Shown here: in pieces, positions 53,131 to 62,400 of the stretch | Numbering within the stretch: position 1 is the first letter of the stretch | Layout: each line of letters opens with the position of its first letter | IMG/VR virus record: IMGVR_UViG_3300045988_135688 | Strand: one strand, 5' to 3' | Length of the DNA stretch: 64,000 nt | From: a virus | Translations under genes and position numbers: made by a program | Notes under the pieces: model-generated | Told to the model about the DNA's origin: nothing | What the model saw: the letters and a program-made list of their open reading frames with translations, nothing else | Databases searched by the model: none

Positions 53131-55160
53131 TAGGGTTGGGTTATTGTACAACGAAAGCCGCCACCGATGTTCGTGTTCACATTCGAAGGGGCACCGGACG
53201 CACTACCAAGCCGCAGAGAACAAGAGCCGTGGTCCGACCGACCACCAAAGCAAACACCACGCCTTCCAATCTTACCCGAACCTGCATTTCCCGTAAACCA
53301 GTTGTAATGGCATTCCCCCGTGTGAAGATTGCTTCCCTTGACCTCTCCAATAAGAGAGTTCTTAAAGTTCTTCGTTATGTATCCTTCACCTCTAGCCATA
53401 GAACCGACAAATTCATATGTATTCTCAAAACCGTAAGATTCCCCAGGATTCTTTTCTGTGGCTACATTGTCCGTAGTCAGATTGTTCACGTCATAGGTCT
53501 GATAGATGTCTATGGATGTAGAATCGTGCATGACACAATCTATCCCACTGTACCACATCCATATATCTCCCCACCCGGCAATACGTCCGCGAATGATAGG
53601 CTGTGTGAAGCATATCTCTATTTCACGGTTTGTAACTGCCGCATTGTCAGGAATACTCCATCCGCTAGTTACAGTTGCATTGACAAACTTGGCTACGATA
53701 CCCGACATCTCCCCGTCAGCCAATCCGTTATGACCTTGGAAGTTGTAGTATTTGTATTTTGTGCTTTCATATTCAAACTCGGTGTCGGGAGCGACATTGT
53801 GTTCCTTTGCGTATGACATGGCAAGCTGCGCTTCAAACATCTTCATGCAAGGACGGTAGTTGTTTATAAGCTGTGAAAAATTGTAAGCAGTTCCTGTTTC
53901 TGATGCTTTAAATCCTTGCCCGTTCATCTTGTAATACACATAAGTCTGACCGTCCGCCTTCTTGAATCTGACGCCTGTCATTTTCCCCCAGCTTGACGCA
54001 TCGGGGGCTGAATCGTTGGATGATATTCCTTTTCCGCAAACAGACTGTGCGTGTAGGTCTTTTGTTCTAAACTTAATAAAGAGAAGCGTACACCACACTT
54101 CAAGGTCAAGGGCGAAGGCATTGGCATAAGGATAGTTCTTCGTAATGTCCGGGTTCTTTGCCCTGGCGTATTTCTCAAAATCAAAACGTGATACATTTGT
54201 CGTAGGCCATCCATTTCCTTCCATTATGTTTACGCCTAGATTTCCTACTGATGTTGCTCCTTTTACCGTGTTGTCAAAAATAGATCTCTGCTTCCCATCC
54301 TTTATCGTGGAGTAACCGATACTCATTCCGAACGGTTTTATCTCTATGGCCGTATCGCCACCGTATGTAAACGGAGCGTCACTGACTAGCCTTCTTTCGT
54401 ATGTATCATCCGTTCCTCCGTTGATTATCCAGAAAGGCTTGGTGTTTACAAGCATAATATCGCTTCCGTCATCTGTTACATCAGTTCCGTCAATAACAAT
54501 ATTTGACGGGCTACCGTCAGCCATTTTGAAGAAATTGGTCTGGTCAAGGAATCCTACTACCTTACCGTCCTTTACCTTTGCCGCACGGAAAGAGTTGAGG
54601 ATAGGATGTGATGTCTTGAACTCTTCCTTTCCTATCCATGTCTGAAATACAGGGTCTGTCTGCCCTCTTCTCATCTCCACTCCATATATGTTCCCCTGCT
54701 GCATCTTTATCTGTTCGAGAAGCGTTTTGTAGTCATTGGTGAAATCATTTGTGGATAACTCCTTACCGTCCACCTTGTCTACCTTCTTGTCTAGGGCTGT
54801 TTTCTGTGCGGTGGATACGGGCTTTTCGGCATCGGACGTATTGTCCACATTTGACAGACCTATATTGTCTTTTGTTATATTGACATTTCCTGTCCTGTAA
54901 GACTGTTCGGCATTACCTTTCACGCCTATGACGGTATTCTTCTGTGCGCCTTCCTGTATCCCGTCAAGTTTGGTTTTTAACTGGGTAGTAAAGTTGTTGT
55001 CGGTATGAACATAGTTTTCGTCCATTACCATGCCTTGTCTTATCTTGGACACCGTGACGGATTTGTTCTCTTTAGGGCTTCCCGTCACACATGGTATCAT
55101 CTCTTCTCCCGTAGCGGTCTCAACGGGAGGCATCTGTGAAATTTTAAGATTATCTTCCAT
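53130..55160 (-). CDS. DGR target protein: tail-fibre / receptor-binding protein with C-terminal C-type-lectin-like variable domain
   Basis: 676 aa. N-terminal fibre-like segment (HTDNNFTTQLKTKLDG..., STNDFTNDYK); C-terminal VR. Confidence 0.8.
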   Translation of the reverse strand: MEDNLKISQMPPVETATGEEMIPCVTGSPKENKSVTVSKIRQGMVMDENYVHTDNNFTTQLKTKLDGIQEGAQKNTVIGVKGNAEQSYRTGNVNITKDNIGLSNVDNTSDAEKPVSTAQKTALDKKVDKVDGKELSTNDFTNDYKTLLEQIKMQQGNIYGVEMRRGQTDPVFQTWIGKEEFKTSHPILNSFRAAKVKDGKVVGFLDQTNFFKMADGSPSNIVIDGTDVTDDGSDIMLVNTKPFWIINGGTDDTYERRLVSDAPFTYGGDTAIEIKPFGMSIGYSTIKDGKQRSIFDNTVKGATSVGNLGVNIMEGNGWPTTNVSRFDFEKYARAKNPDITKNYPYANAFALDLEVWCTLLFIKFRTKDLHAQSVCGKGISSNDSAPDASSWGKMTGVRFKKADGQTYVYYKMNGQGFKASETGTAYNFSQLINNYRPCMKMFEAQLAMSYAKEHNVAPDTEFEYESTKYKYYNFQGHNGLADGEMSGIVAKFVNATVTSGWSIPDNAAVTNREIEICFTQPIIRGRIAGWGDIWMWYSGIDCVMHDSTSIDIYQTYDVNNLTTDNVATEKNPGESYGFENTYEFVGSMARGEGYITKNFKNSLIGEVKGSNLHTGECHYNWFTGNAGSGKIGRRGVCFGGRSDHGSCSLRLGSASGAPSNVNTNIGGGFRCTITQP
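53151..53260 (-). repeat. DGR variable repeat (VR) within the last ~43 codons of the target gene
   Basis: See TR. Encodes ...RGVCFGGRSDHGSCSLRLGSASGAPSNVNTNIGGGFRC, and ends with the CLec-type ..IG.FRC signature. Confidence 0.85.
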
Positions 55161-55164
55161 TATA

Positions 55165-56901
55165 TTATTCCGTTAATATTAAACCATCGTTTTCAAGCAA
55201 TATGCTGTATCCATTTTCAGTGATTACGGTATTCCGAAGAACCTCTAGCGTTATCCTTGAATCAGCAAGCTTCCATGAATTGTCAGAAAACGGCATATAC
55301 CCGTCTTTCTTTACAGACAGCGACATCGTGCCATTTGCCATACCCCGTACTTTTACTGTACCGTCAGACAACGTTTTGTACTGTACGCCTCCCACCGTGA
55401 CCGTTGCGTCCTGTATGGGTGAGCCTGATACGTCCACCACCGTTATCGTTACGATAGCCTTCGGTATATAGTAGTCAATCAAATCCTGCTCGGTGAATCC
55501 GTCATTCTGTTTGGTGGGAACTGAATCGAAACCGATGGAGTTGTAGAAAGCTGAACTAATCCATCCGCTATTATGGTCAGTATTGCTAAAGAATACAGGA
55601 GTTTTAGTTTTATCACCTGTCACATCATTGTTTACTATGGTGATTATTTGCTTTTTGTTTAACAAAGCGGAAACTATTGTAGATTCATTCAGTGTTCCAT
55701 CAATATAGGTCTTGCCGTTTGAGTTCCTACTATTATAAGCAATACTACCTTTGTCATTGAATACGGCAAACAGCCAAGGTTCAGTAGTATTCAGTCTTTG
55801 GTCATAGATAAACTTTCCATCAACAAACGGATTAATAGTAGTAAACAACACCTTAACGCCATGCTGTAAGTTCTGTATTTGCCCATAATCATCTACCCCA
55901 TCAGTTACTAGGGCGTTGGGATATCTAGGTATAAACTCTATTGTTACATCCATATCTCCTGTACTTCCTGTAACTCCTATGGCGTTATACAATGAAGTGG
56001 TTCCTTCGGGATAGGTTAATGTCACCTCATGCTCCCCGTTGTCAAAAGTATAAAATCCGCCATTTCTGTTTACCAAACTAACTTGTCTGCCATCAGAAAG
56101 ACCTGTAACCTTAAACTTATGCGTTGGGTTAGAGTTTGCCGGAACTATGTTTACCATGCTATCTGTGGTGGATAGTTTTTTAGTAATATGAATAATTCTG
56201 TTATCTGTAACAGTAACATTTGCTCTATCGGGTAGAATATTAGTGCTAGCAATATCATACCCTCCCACACCGCTCATTGCCGCGAACATGAAATTGTTAA
56301 GTTTCAGAGGTCTGTTGTTTCCGCTATGGTCTTGCAGGTATGGATTGGCTTTTAGTATCTCGTTTGTGGGAACGGATTGTTTTGTAGGTATTTCTTCTAC
56401 CACAATATTGCAATCCACGTCATTCACATTATCACCTGCCAAATAAAATCCATGATAAGATGTGTTTGTTGTGCTACTGTTCCTGTATTCAGGTATGTCA
56501 TATTCTCCATCAGACGTTATCTGAATATTATCATATCCAATCCTTCCTTTAATAGTGAAACCTGTTGGCAATCCTGTTACACGTATTTTATAAGATTCTA
56601 CATATTGTAACGGTTTTACAATTATTTGCCAAAATGCAATATTATTGTTATTTGTAGGTGTATGGGTTATTATACACTTATTTATAGCATTATCATAAGT
56701 TAATTTTCCACCATTGCCAACGAAAAGATTTGCATAGGTAACACCAGGAATATATGTATCCACAGGCTTTGACATATCATACCAAAATACCATATGTTCC
56801 TTAATCCATTTTTCTATCACCTTGTTTATATCGGTTTTTCCTGTACCTGCCGATTTTACAAGTCCAAGTTTTCCTATGTTAAAAAAACCTATCTTTCTCA
56901 T
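55165..56901 (-). CDS. tail-fibre/host-recognition-like structural protein (578 aa)
   Basis: Position between fibre genes. C-terminal Ig/CarboxypepD_reg-like segment VTITVVDVSGSPIQDATVTVGGVQYKTLSDGTVKV. Confidence 0.55.
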   Translation of the reverse strand: MRKIGFFNIGKLGLVKSAGTGKTDINKVIEKWIKEHMVFWYDMSKPVDTYIPGVTYANLFVGNGGKLTYDNAINKCIITHTPTNNNNIAFWQIIVKPLQYVESYKIRVTGLPTGFTIKGRIGYDNIQITSDGEYDIPEYRNSSTTNTSYHGFYLAGDNVNDVDCNIVVEEIPTKQSVPTNEILKANPYLQDHSGNNRPLKLNNFMFAAMSGVGGYDIASTNILPDRANVTVTDNRIIHITKKLSTTDSMVNIVPANSNPTHKFKVTGLSDGRQVSLVNRNGGFYTFDNGEHEVTLTYPEGTTSLYNAIGVTGSTGDMDVTIEFIPRYPNALVTDGVDDYGQIQNLQHGVKVLFTTINPFVDGKFIYDQRLNTTEPWLFAVFNDKGSIAYNSRNSNGKTYIDGTLNESTIVSALLNKKQIITIVNNDVTGDKTKTPVFFSNTDHNSGWISSAFYNSIGFDSVPTKQNDGFTEQDLIDYYIPKAIVTITVVDVSGSPIQDATVTVGGVQYKTLSDGTVKVRGMANGTMSLSVKKDGYMPFSDNSWKLADSRITLEVLRNTVITENGYSILLENDGLILTE

Positions 56902-57149
56902 ATTTCTCTCATTTTAATCCACTCATCAGATAAAAGAAGCTTCTCAAACTCTCTTGTGCCAGTGTCGTATGTGTCGTAAGGGAAAGGGTGTTCCGTTTCG
57001 TCATCCGGCAACGTCATAGGCATCACTTCCATGACCTTCTCGGTATGGATCATATAATACAGACCGTCTGTCGATTGTCTGAAAACGGACAGATCATCTT
57101 CCGAAAACATAATCTCGGCATCTATTTTTGGTACTATGGAAAACTGCAT
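56898..57149 (-). CDS. hypothetical protein (83 aa)
   Basis: ORF track; stop overlaps the next start. Confidence 0.5.
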   Translation of the reverse strand: MQFSIVPKIDAEIMFSEDDLSVFRQSTDGLYYMIHTEKVMEVMPMTLPDDETEHPFPYDTYDTGTREFEKLLLSDEWIKMREI

Positions 57150-57224
57150 ATTATGAATTTTATCTATTATCGCAAAGATAATTAAAAATAGTTAAACGTA
57201 TTGGTTGCATACGGTTTTATGTCG

Positions 57225-57232
57225 TATATTTG
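57225..57232 (+). promoter_or_regulatory. -7 box TATATTTG for the methyltransferase gene
   Basis: Matches TAnnTTTG, 25 nt before ATG 57258. Confidence 0.4.
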
Positions 57233-57257
57233 CTGAAAATTTAAAAAAAACATATCT

Positions 57258-58097
57258 ATGAATGTATTAAGTTTATGTGACGGGATAGCTTGTGGACGTA
57301 TTGCACTAGAAAGAATGGGGTATAGAGTGGAAAAGTATTACGCAAGCGAAATAAATGAACCGTCTATCAAGGTTGCATTGGATAATTACCCCGATATAAT
57401 TGAATTGGGGGATATTAGAAACTGGAACAAATGGAATATACAGTGGGAAGATATTGATTTGCTGATTGGCGGAACACCATGTCAGGATTTCTCACAGTTA
57501 GGGAAAGAGAAACTGAACTTCGATGGCGAGCGTTCGGGATTATTCTTTGAATATGTCAATATACTCAACCATATCAGACAGTTCAATCCTAATATAAAGT
57601 TCATGCTCGAAAACGTGAAGATGAAATCCGATTGGGCTGATTTGATTTCGTCACATCTTGGAGTAGACTATGTGTATATCAACAGTTCCGATTTCTCCGC
57701 ACAAATGAGAGCAAGATACTACTGGTGCAATTGGGAAATACCTGCATGGAAGGACAAGGGAATACTGTTCAAGGACATCATTACGGACGGGTATGTGAAG
57801 AAAGACAAATCATGGTGTATGCTTGAATCATGGAACAGGTTTGCCAAGAACCCCGAATCGTTGTTAAGAAGATATAAAAAATCACTTACACCGTTGATAT
57901 TCAACTCACCCGACTGTAATCCAGAAAAAGGTTTCAGAACGCCCAATATTACGGAAGCAGAAAGATTACAGACAGTTCCCGAAGGATACACCAAGTCGGT
58001 ACAACCACATATAGGCATGGGGCTGTTAGGAAACGGATGGACAGTAGATGTGATTAGTCATATTTTAAAAGGATTAAACAATGAACGCAATAGTTAG
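57258..58097 (+). CDS. dcm: DNA (cytosine-5)-methyltransferase, compact (279 aa), no cognate nuclease seen
   Basis: LSLCDGIACGRIAL (motif I), GGTPCQDFS (motif IV PCQ), FMLENV (motif VI), QTVPEGYT, GNGWTVDVI (motif X). Confidence 0.85.
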   Translation: MNVLSLCDGIACGRIALERMGYRVEKYYASEINEPSIKVALDNYPDIIELGDIRNWNKWNIQWEDIDLLIGGTPCQDFSQLGKEKLNFDGERSGLFFEYVNILNHIRQFNPNIKFMLENVKMKSDWADLISSHLGVDYVYINSSDFSAQMRARYYWCNWEIPAWKDKGILFKDIITDGYVKKDKSWCMLESWNRFAKNPESLLRRYKKSLTPLIFNSPDCNPEKGFRTPNITEAERLQTVPEGYTKSVQPHIGMGLLGNGWTVDVISHILKGLNNERNS

Positions 58098-58150
58098 TCA
58101 TATATTCGCATTCCTTTGCGGATGATCGTTTGTCATACTTGGTGCTATTT

Positions 58151-58270
58151 ATATTGGAACAAAAGGAGATTGAATGGAATAATAGACGGGGTGCTAAATG
58201 AATTGTGCGATGGAATGTGTGTAGAGTGTGATAAGTGCTTTATTAATCGTGGGAAATTAACCGATATTAA
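58151..58270 (+). pseudogene. relic of the early-module junction (DUF551 3' end AAAGGAGATTGA plus 5'-truncated copy of the 41105..41311 gene)
   Basis: AAAAGGAGATTGAATGGAATAATAGACGGGGTGCTAAATGAATTG matches GAAAGGAGATTGAACGG...GGAATAATAATAGACGGAGTGCTACATGAATTG at 41084-41150. The ATGAAAGTCAAG start is missing. Confidence 0.45.
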
Positions 58271-58301
58271 CTCCCCCTTACTGATAAACGGTAAGGGGGA
58301 G
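58271..58301. terminator. bidirectional terminator hairpin CTCCCCCTTAC-N9-GTAAGGGGGAG
   Basis: 11-bp perfect stem between the convergent dcm unit and the 367-aa gene (stop at 58310). Confidence 0.7.
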
Positions 58302-58309
58302 GATTGTGG

Positions 58310-59413
58310 TTATAAACTAGGGCCCATAGAAAGAAGCAATGTACTATCTTTATATGCAGCACTGTTAAGGCTTACCCATACTCTACAACTGCCCGATTGA
58401 ATCAGTTCCGATGATATTAATATTCTCACCTTCTTGTCAATGCTGGAATTGGCGGATACTGAAAAATCCTCTATTGTTTCTCTTGATTCACCTATAACCA
58501 TAGGATCTTCAAATTTCTTACTTGCAAACCTAGACATACAACTATTATTACGGAAAGAAATAGAGCTACTCGAACCGTTTCTCACTCTTACGGTAACTTC
58601 AATATATCCCATAACGGATGGCATCACTCCACCAATTATTGTTATGCTTACGTAAGAACCAACTATCTCTATATCTCTTTTACTTACCATTGGAACAGTG
58701 TATGCTATATGAGCAATATCGGGGTCATCCTGCTTCAATATAGCTGTACTAAGGAAAGGATAAACTTCCCAATCCCCAGCAGTCATACCCCACGAGTTTA
58801 CAGTCACCATAGCGTATCCTGTTCCTATCTTCTTGTCGGCAGTAACACGTCTGGACATCTGACTGGTCTTGTGCTTAACGTAGACACCGAAATAGCAATC
58901 GGCTATCTCTGCAAAGTCACCCATGTTAAGATAATCAGTATCATGCCCTTCGGATGGCATCATTATAGCCGCAGAACAGACAAAATTACTACTTGTAAAC
59001 TGATTGGTAGCAGTGTCCGGGCATGAGAACCCACTTATCGGTGCACTGGCACGATGATTGTACCCGTTAAAGTCGGTAAGGCGAAATGGAAACTTTCCTC
59101 CTGTAGGTGGAGTATATTCCCATCCGTTCATGCTTCCATCAGCGTGTTTTGGTGCATCCCAGTATCCTGCCATTTGAAAAGGTTTGACACCACAGTTCCC
59201 ATCCCATCCTTGCCACCACTTTTCATTCTCACCCGGTGCAAGGCTTTCGTAACGCACAGGCTTGTACCGTGCCCACGGGTTTATTTTCCCGTGGGTGTTT
59301 GCACAAGCGTATCCTAAATCATAATCCCCATTCACACTGCCTATGCCAAGAGTGGCGTAAACGTCACTAGCAAGGTTTATCGGGGCTGTAATCTTTCCGT
59401 TAGAATGACTCAT
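58310..59413 (-). CDS. hypothetical structural protein (367 aa)
   Basis: ORF track; tail-fibre neighbourhood. Confidence 0.6.
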   Translation of the reverse strand: MSHSNGKITAPINLASDVYATLGIGSVNGDYDLGYACANTHGKINPWARYKPVRYESLAPGENEKWWQGWDGNCGVKPFQMAGYWDAPKHADGSMNGWEYTPPTGGKFPFRLTDFNGYNHRASAPISGFSCPDTATNQFTSSNFVCSAAIMMPSEGHDTDYLNMGDFAEIADCYFGVYVKHKTSQMSRRVTADKKIGTGYAMVTVNSWGMTAGDWEVYPFLSTAILKQDDPDIAHIAYTVPMVSKRDIEIVGSYVSITIIGGVMPSVMGYIEVTVRVRNGSSSSISFRNNSCMSRFASKKFEDPMVIGESRETIEDFSVSANSSIDKKVRILISSELIQSGSCRVWVSLNSAAYKDSTLLLSMGPSL

Positions 59414-59429
59414 AATATTTTTTTATTTA

Positions 59430-62400
59430 TTAATTGTTAATTCCTAATCTCTTTTCCAATTCTTTCACTCTTTTCTTTAATCTTGTAACCTCATCATCAA
59501 CTTCCTGCAAACCTTTCCATACAACAGGGATAAGTCTTTCATAATCTATGGTATAGTAGTCATTGAAAGCGTCTTTCACCCACTGACTATAACCGCCGGA
59601 AAGCAAATCCTGTGCGATAAGACCATAATTCCAGTTATCATGGTTGAACACTTCGGAATTTTCCTTGGCAATAGCGTTCCAGTGATACTTCACACTCCGG
59701 AATTTACGGATAATACCCATAGCATCATAACCCTGAATATCGGTTTTCAACCTTATATCGGAAGAGGATGCCTTGGCAGTAACAGCTCCGTTTGCAATAA
59801 TATTAGCACTACTTGTAATATTCTTTCTCGCATATATTCCCCCTTCAGTTGATATTGCAGTAGCTGCATTAAAATCAGTATTATCTCCATTTTCAACATA
59901 AAATCTCTTTCCCCCGAACACTCTTACCCATGCACTGTCTTGCATATATATTCCGCCACCATAATCCTGATGATACCACCCTGAATTTCCTGTACTTCTG
60001 AACCAACCGCTGCATTGAATGGAATTGGGGAGTTTTAAATATACATTTGCAGAACCGTTCACACTAACCCCAGCACCCGTATGGGAAGCGTTGTGGTCCT
60101 GTATGTAGAACGTTCTGGCAGTAGTCCACACATCCGCACTAGAAGCCCTACTGTCAGCCAGCGTGGAAGCACCTCCAGCCGATACAGCCACAGACGTATT
60201 GGATGTGGATTGCAGATTTTCCCATGCAGAAACATTGCACCCATAATAAAGATATTGGTATTCAATGTTTGCATTGTGGTATGAACCAATTTGACGCACC
60301 TGCAATTCAAAATTGTTTGTTCCTACACGTACAAGGCGAATGTTATCCATTCCTTTTGCAAATGTGGGGAGATAAAGGCGTGCTGAATTTTCAACAGTTC
60401 CCACACTGCTATCAGAAGAACTAGGGCCACTTCTCATATAAAATATGGCACAGAAGTGATAATTCCATACTTCTGACTGTGCATGATTTCCATAGGCATA
60501 CCATATCCTTCCCCAAACCGTTACTGACTTATATGGTCCGGTTCCCGATTCAGAACAAGCGAATATCTTTTTCCAACCATTATCTTCACCACCTAGAGCA
60601 AATCTTACTGCATAACATCTACCTATATTGTAATTTCTAGGTAAGAAATTAAGATGCCAATTGTCTAGCATATCCGCATTTAAATTAGAGTTCAATGTTG
60701 TAGACGAGCACTGATACGGTTGTGTGCCTGTGCCTACGGTGGACACGAACCTGCTCGATTCAACATAATTACCTATAAAAACCTTGTTATCTTCCAGTAC
60801 GATATTGCATAATACATTATTGCTTGAATTTCTTGAATCAATATAAGCATAGGAACTTCCACCGCCCAATACCAACCGTCTAGCCGAATCCCAGTTTGCA
60901 GCTAAATAATTAGTATGGGCAGTAATAGCACCATGAGTATCCAAATTTCCATTTCTCACATTCAACCACATGGCGTTGTTTCCCTGCGTTACCGTTTGTC
61001 CACTGATTGTGGGATACCAACCTATACCATACCAAGAACCGAAACGCAAGTTTGCATCGGTTGAGGAAGCTGCATCTCCGCCACCGTGAATCCAAACACC
61101 CGTAGTTTTAACCACTCTAGTACTCCAACCCATATTAAAGCCTTTGGTATTGTTCATCGTTAAATCCCCTGTCATGGTGTCACCTGCTTTCTTTACGTAA
61201 CGTCCGTCAGCAATAGATGCGTAGTTTTCAGTATGTAACAATCTATGCCATGCAGACGTTATCTTATTAGTACCATCATGTTTTCCTCTAAAAAACAAGT
61301 CTGCACTAGTTCCTCCTATCTGTAATGCAGCAAATTTATTGGAATCCCATAAGTTAGCTAATAATCCATATCCAGCAAAAGGGGCATTATTTGTAGTTTG
61401 TTCTGTTGTTCTTATTTCCTTAATTGCTCTTTCAGAATAAGTATTTAAGTCAAAAGTACCATCACTCCTACCTACACTTAACAAGAACCTTTCAGCGTGA
61501 AATCCGTCAAGAAGGTCTGCATTAAGATTGACATTTAAAGTAGTAGACACGCATTGATAGGGTGATGTTCCTTGTGGTGCTTTTGCTATGAACCGTCCTG
61601 TATTGTAAAAGAACATATTTGCATCCCCTGCTTCCAATGAATCATGCTTGCTGACAGCAAGTCCATATCCGGGAACAAATGTATCATACCATTCATGGCG
61701 TAATACTACTCCTTGGGTTGCATCATCACATCTGAACAAAATACCTTCTCCTTGATTCTTTGCAGTAGAACCTGCTGACCATATTATAAGCTGTTTGTTG
61801 TAGGTTGAATTCTTTATTGTCAGTACACCGCTCATGTTAATGCTACCTACGCCCGTCATATTTCCGCTTACGTTAGCCGTACCATCAAATGACTGCCCCC
61901 AAAGGGTACGGGAAGTGGCTAATCCTGTGGAGCTTATATAGTTAACATAACTTGCATCACTTAACCCGGAGTTAGCTTGGTTAAAGGCAAATCTCAAAGT
62001 AATATTACCCGTTGTATTGGCATTGTTAGTTGTTATGCTATCATAGTTTTGTAGTATAGTAGAAGCCCATCTTCCATACTGATTTCCACCTCCAACTTTT
62101 ATAAAAATATACGCCTTATTATTTTCTACTTTGTAGTAAACGCTTCTCGCATGAGAACCTACCATACTCATTACATTAACAGAGCATCTTGGGGTTTTGT
62201 TACCATTATTATCATTGTTTGTACAAGCTATATGTAACTGTAATGCTGAATAGTGTTGATGTCCCCAAAACTCATTTGACAGTAATATAACATACGTGCT
62301 ATACGTAGTGTCTATGCCTATTTCGGCTATAAGCATAATATGTGTATCTCCACTGACATACGCAGCTCCGTTAGTAGAAGCCGAATAGTTACTGTGTATA

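Noticed and set aside
53136-53816. 226-aa plus-strand ORF antisense to the DGR target gene, plus other antisense ORFs in fibre genes (54346..54645, 55202..55471, 58709..59026, 59054..59317, 60081..60424, 62431..63099)
   Set aside because: All are embedded antisense in long, motif-bearing structural ORFs and have low-complexity composition.
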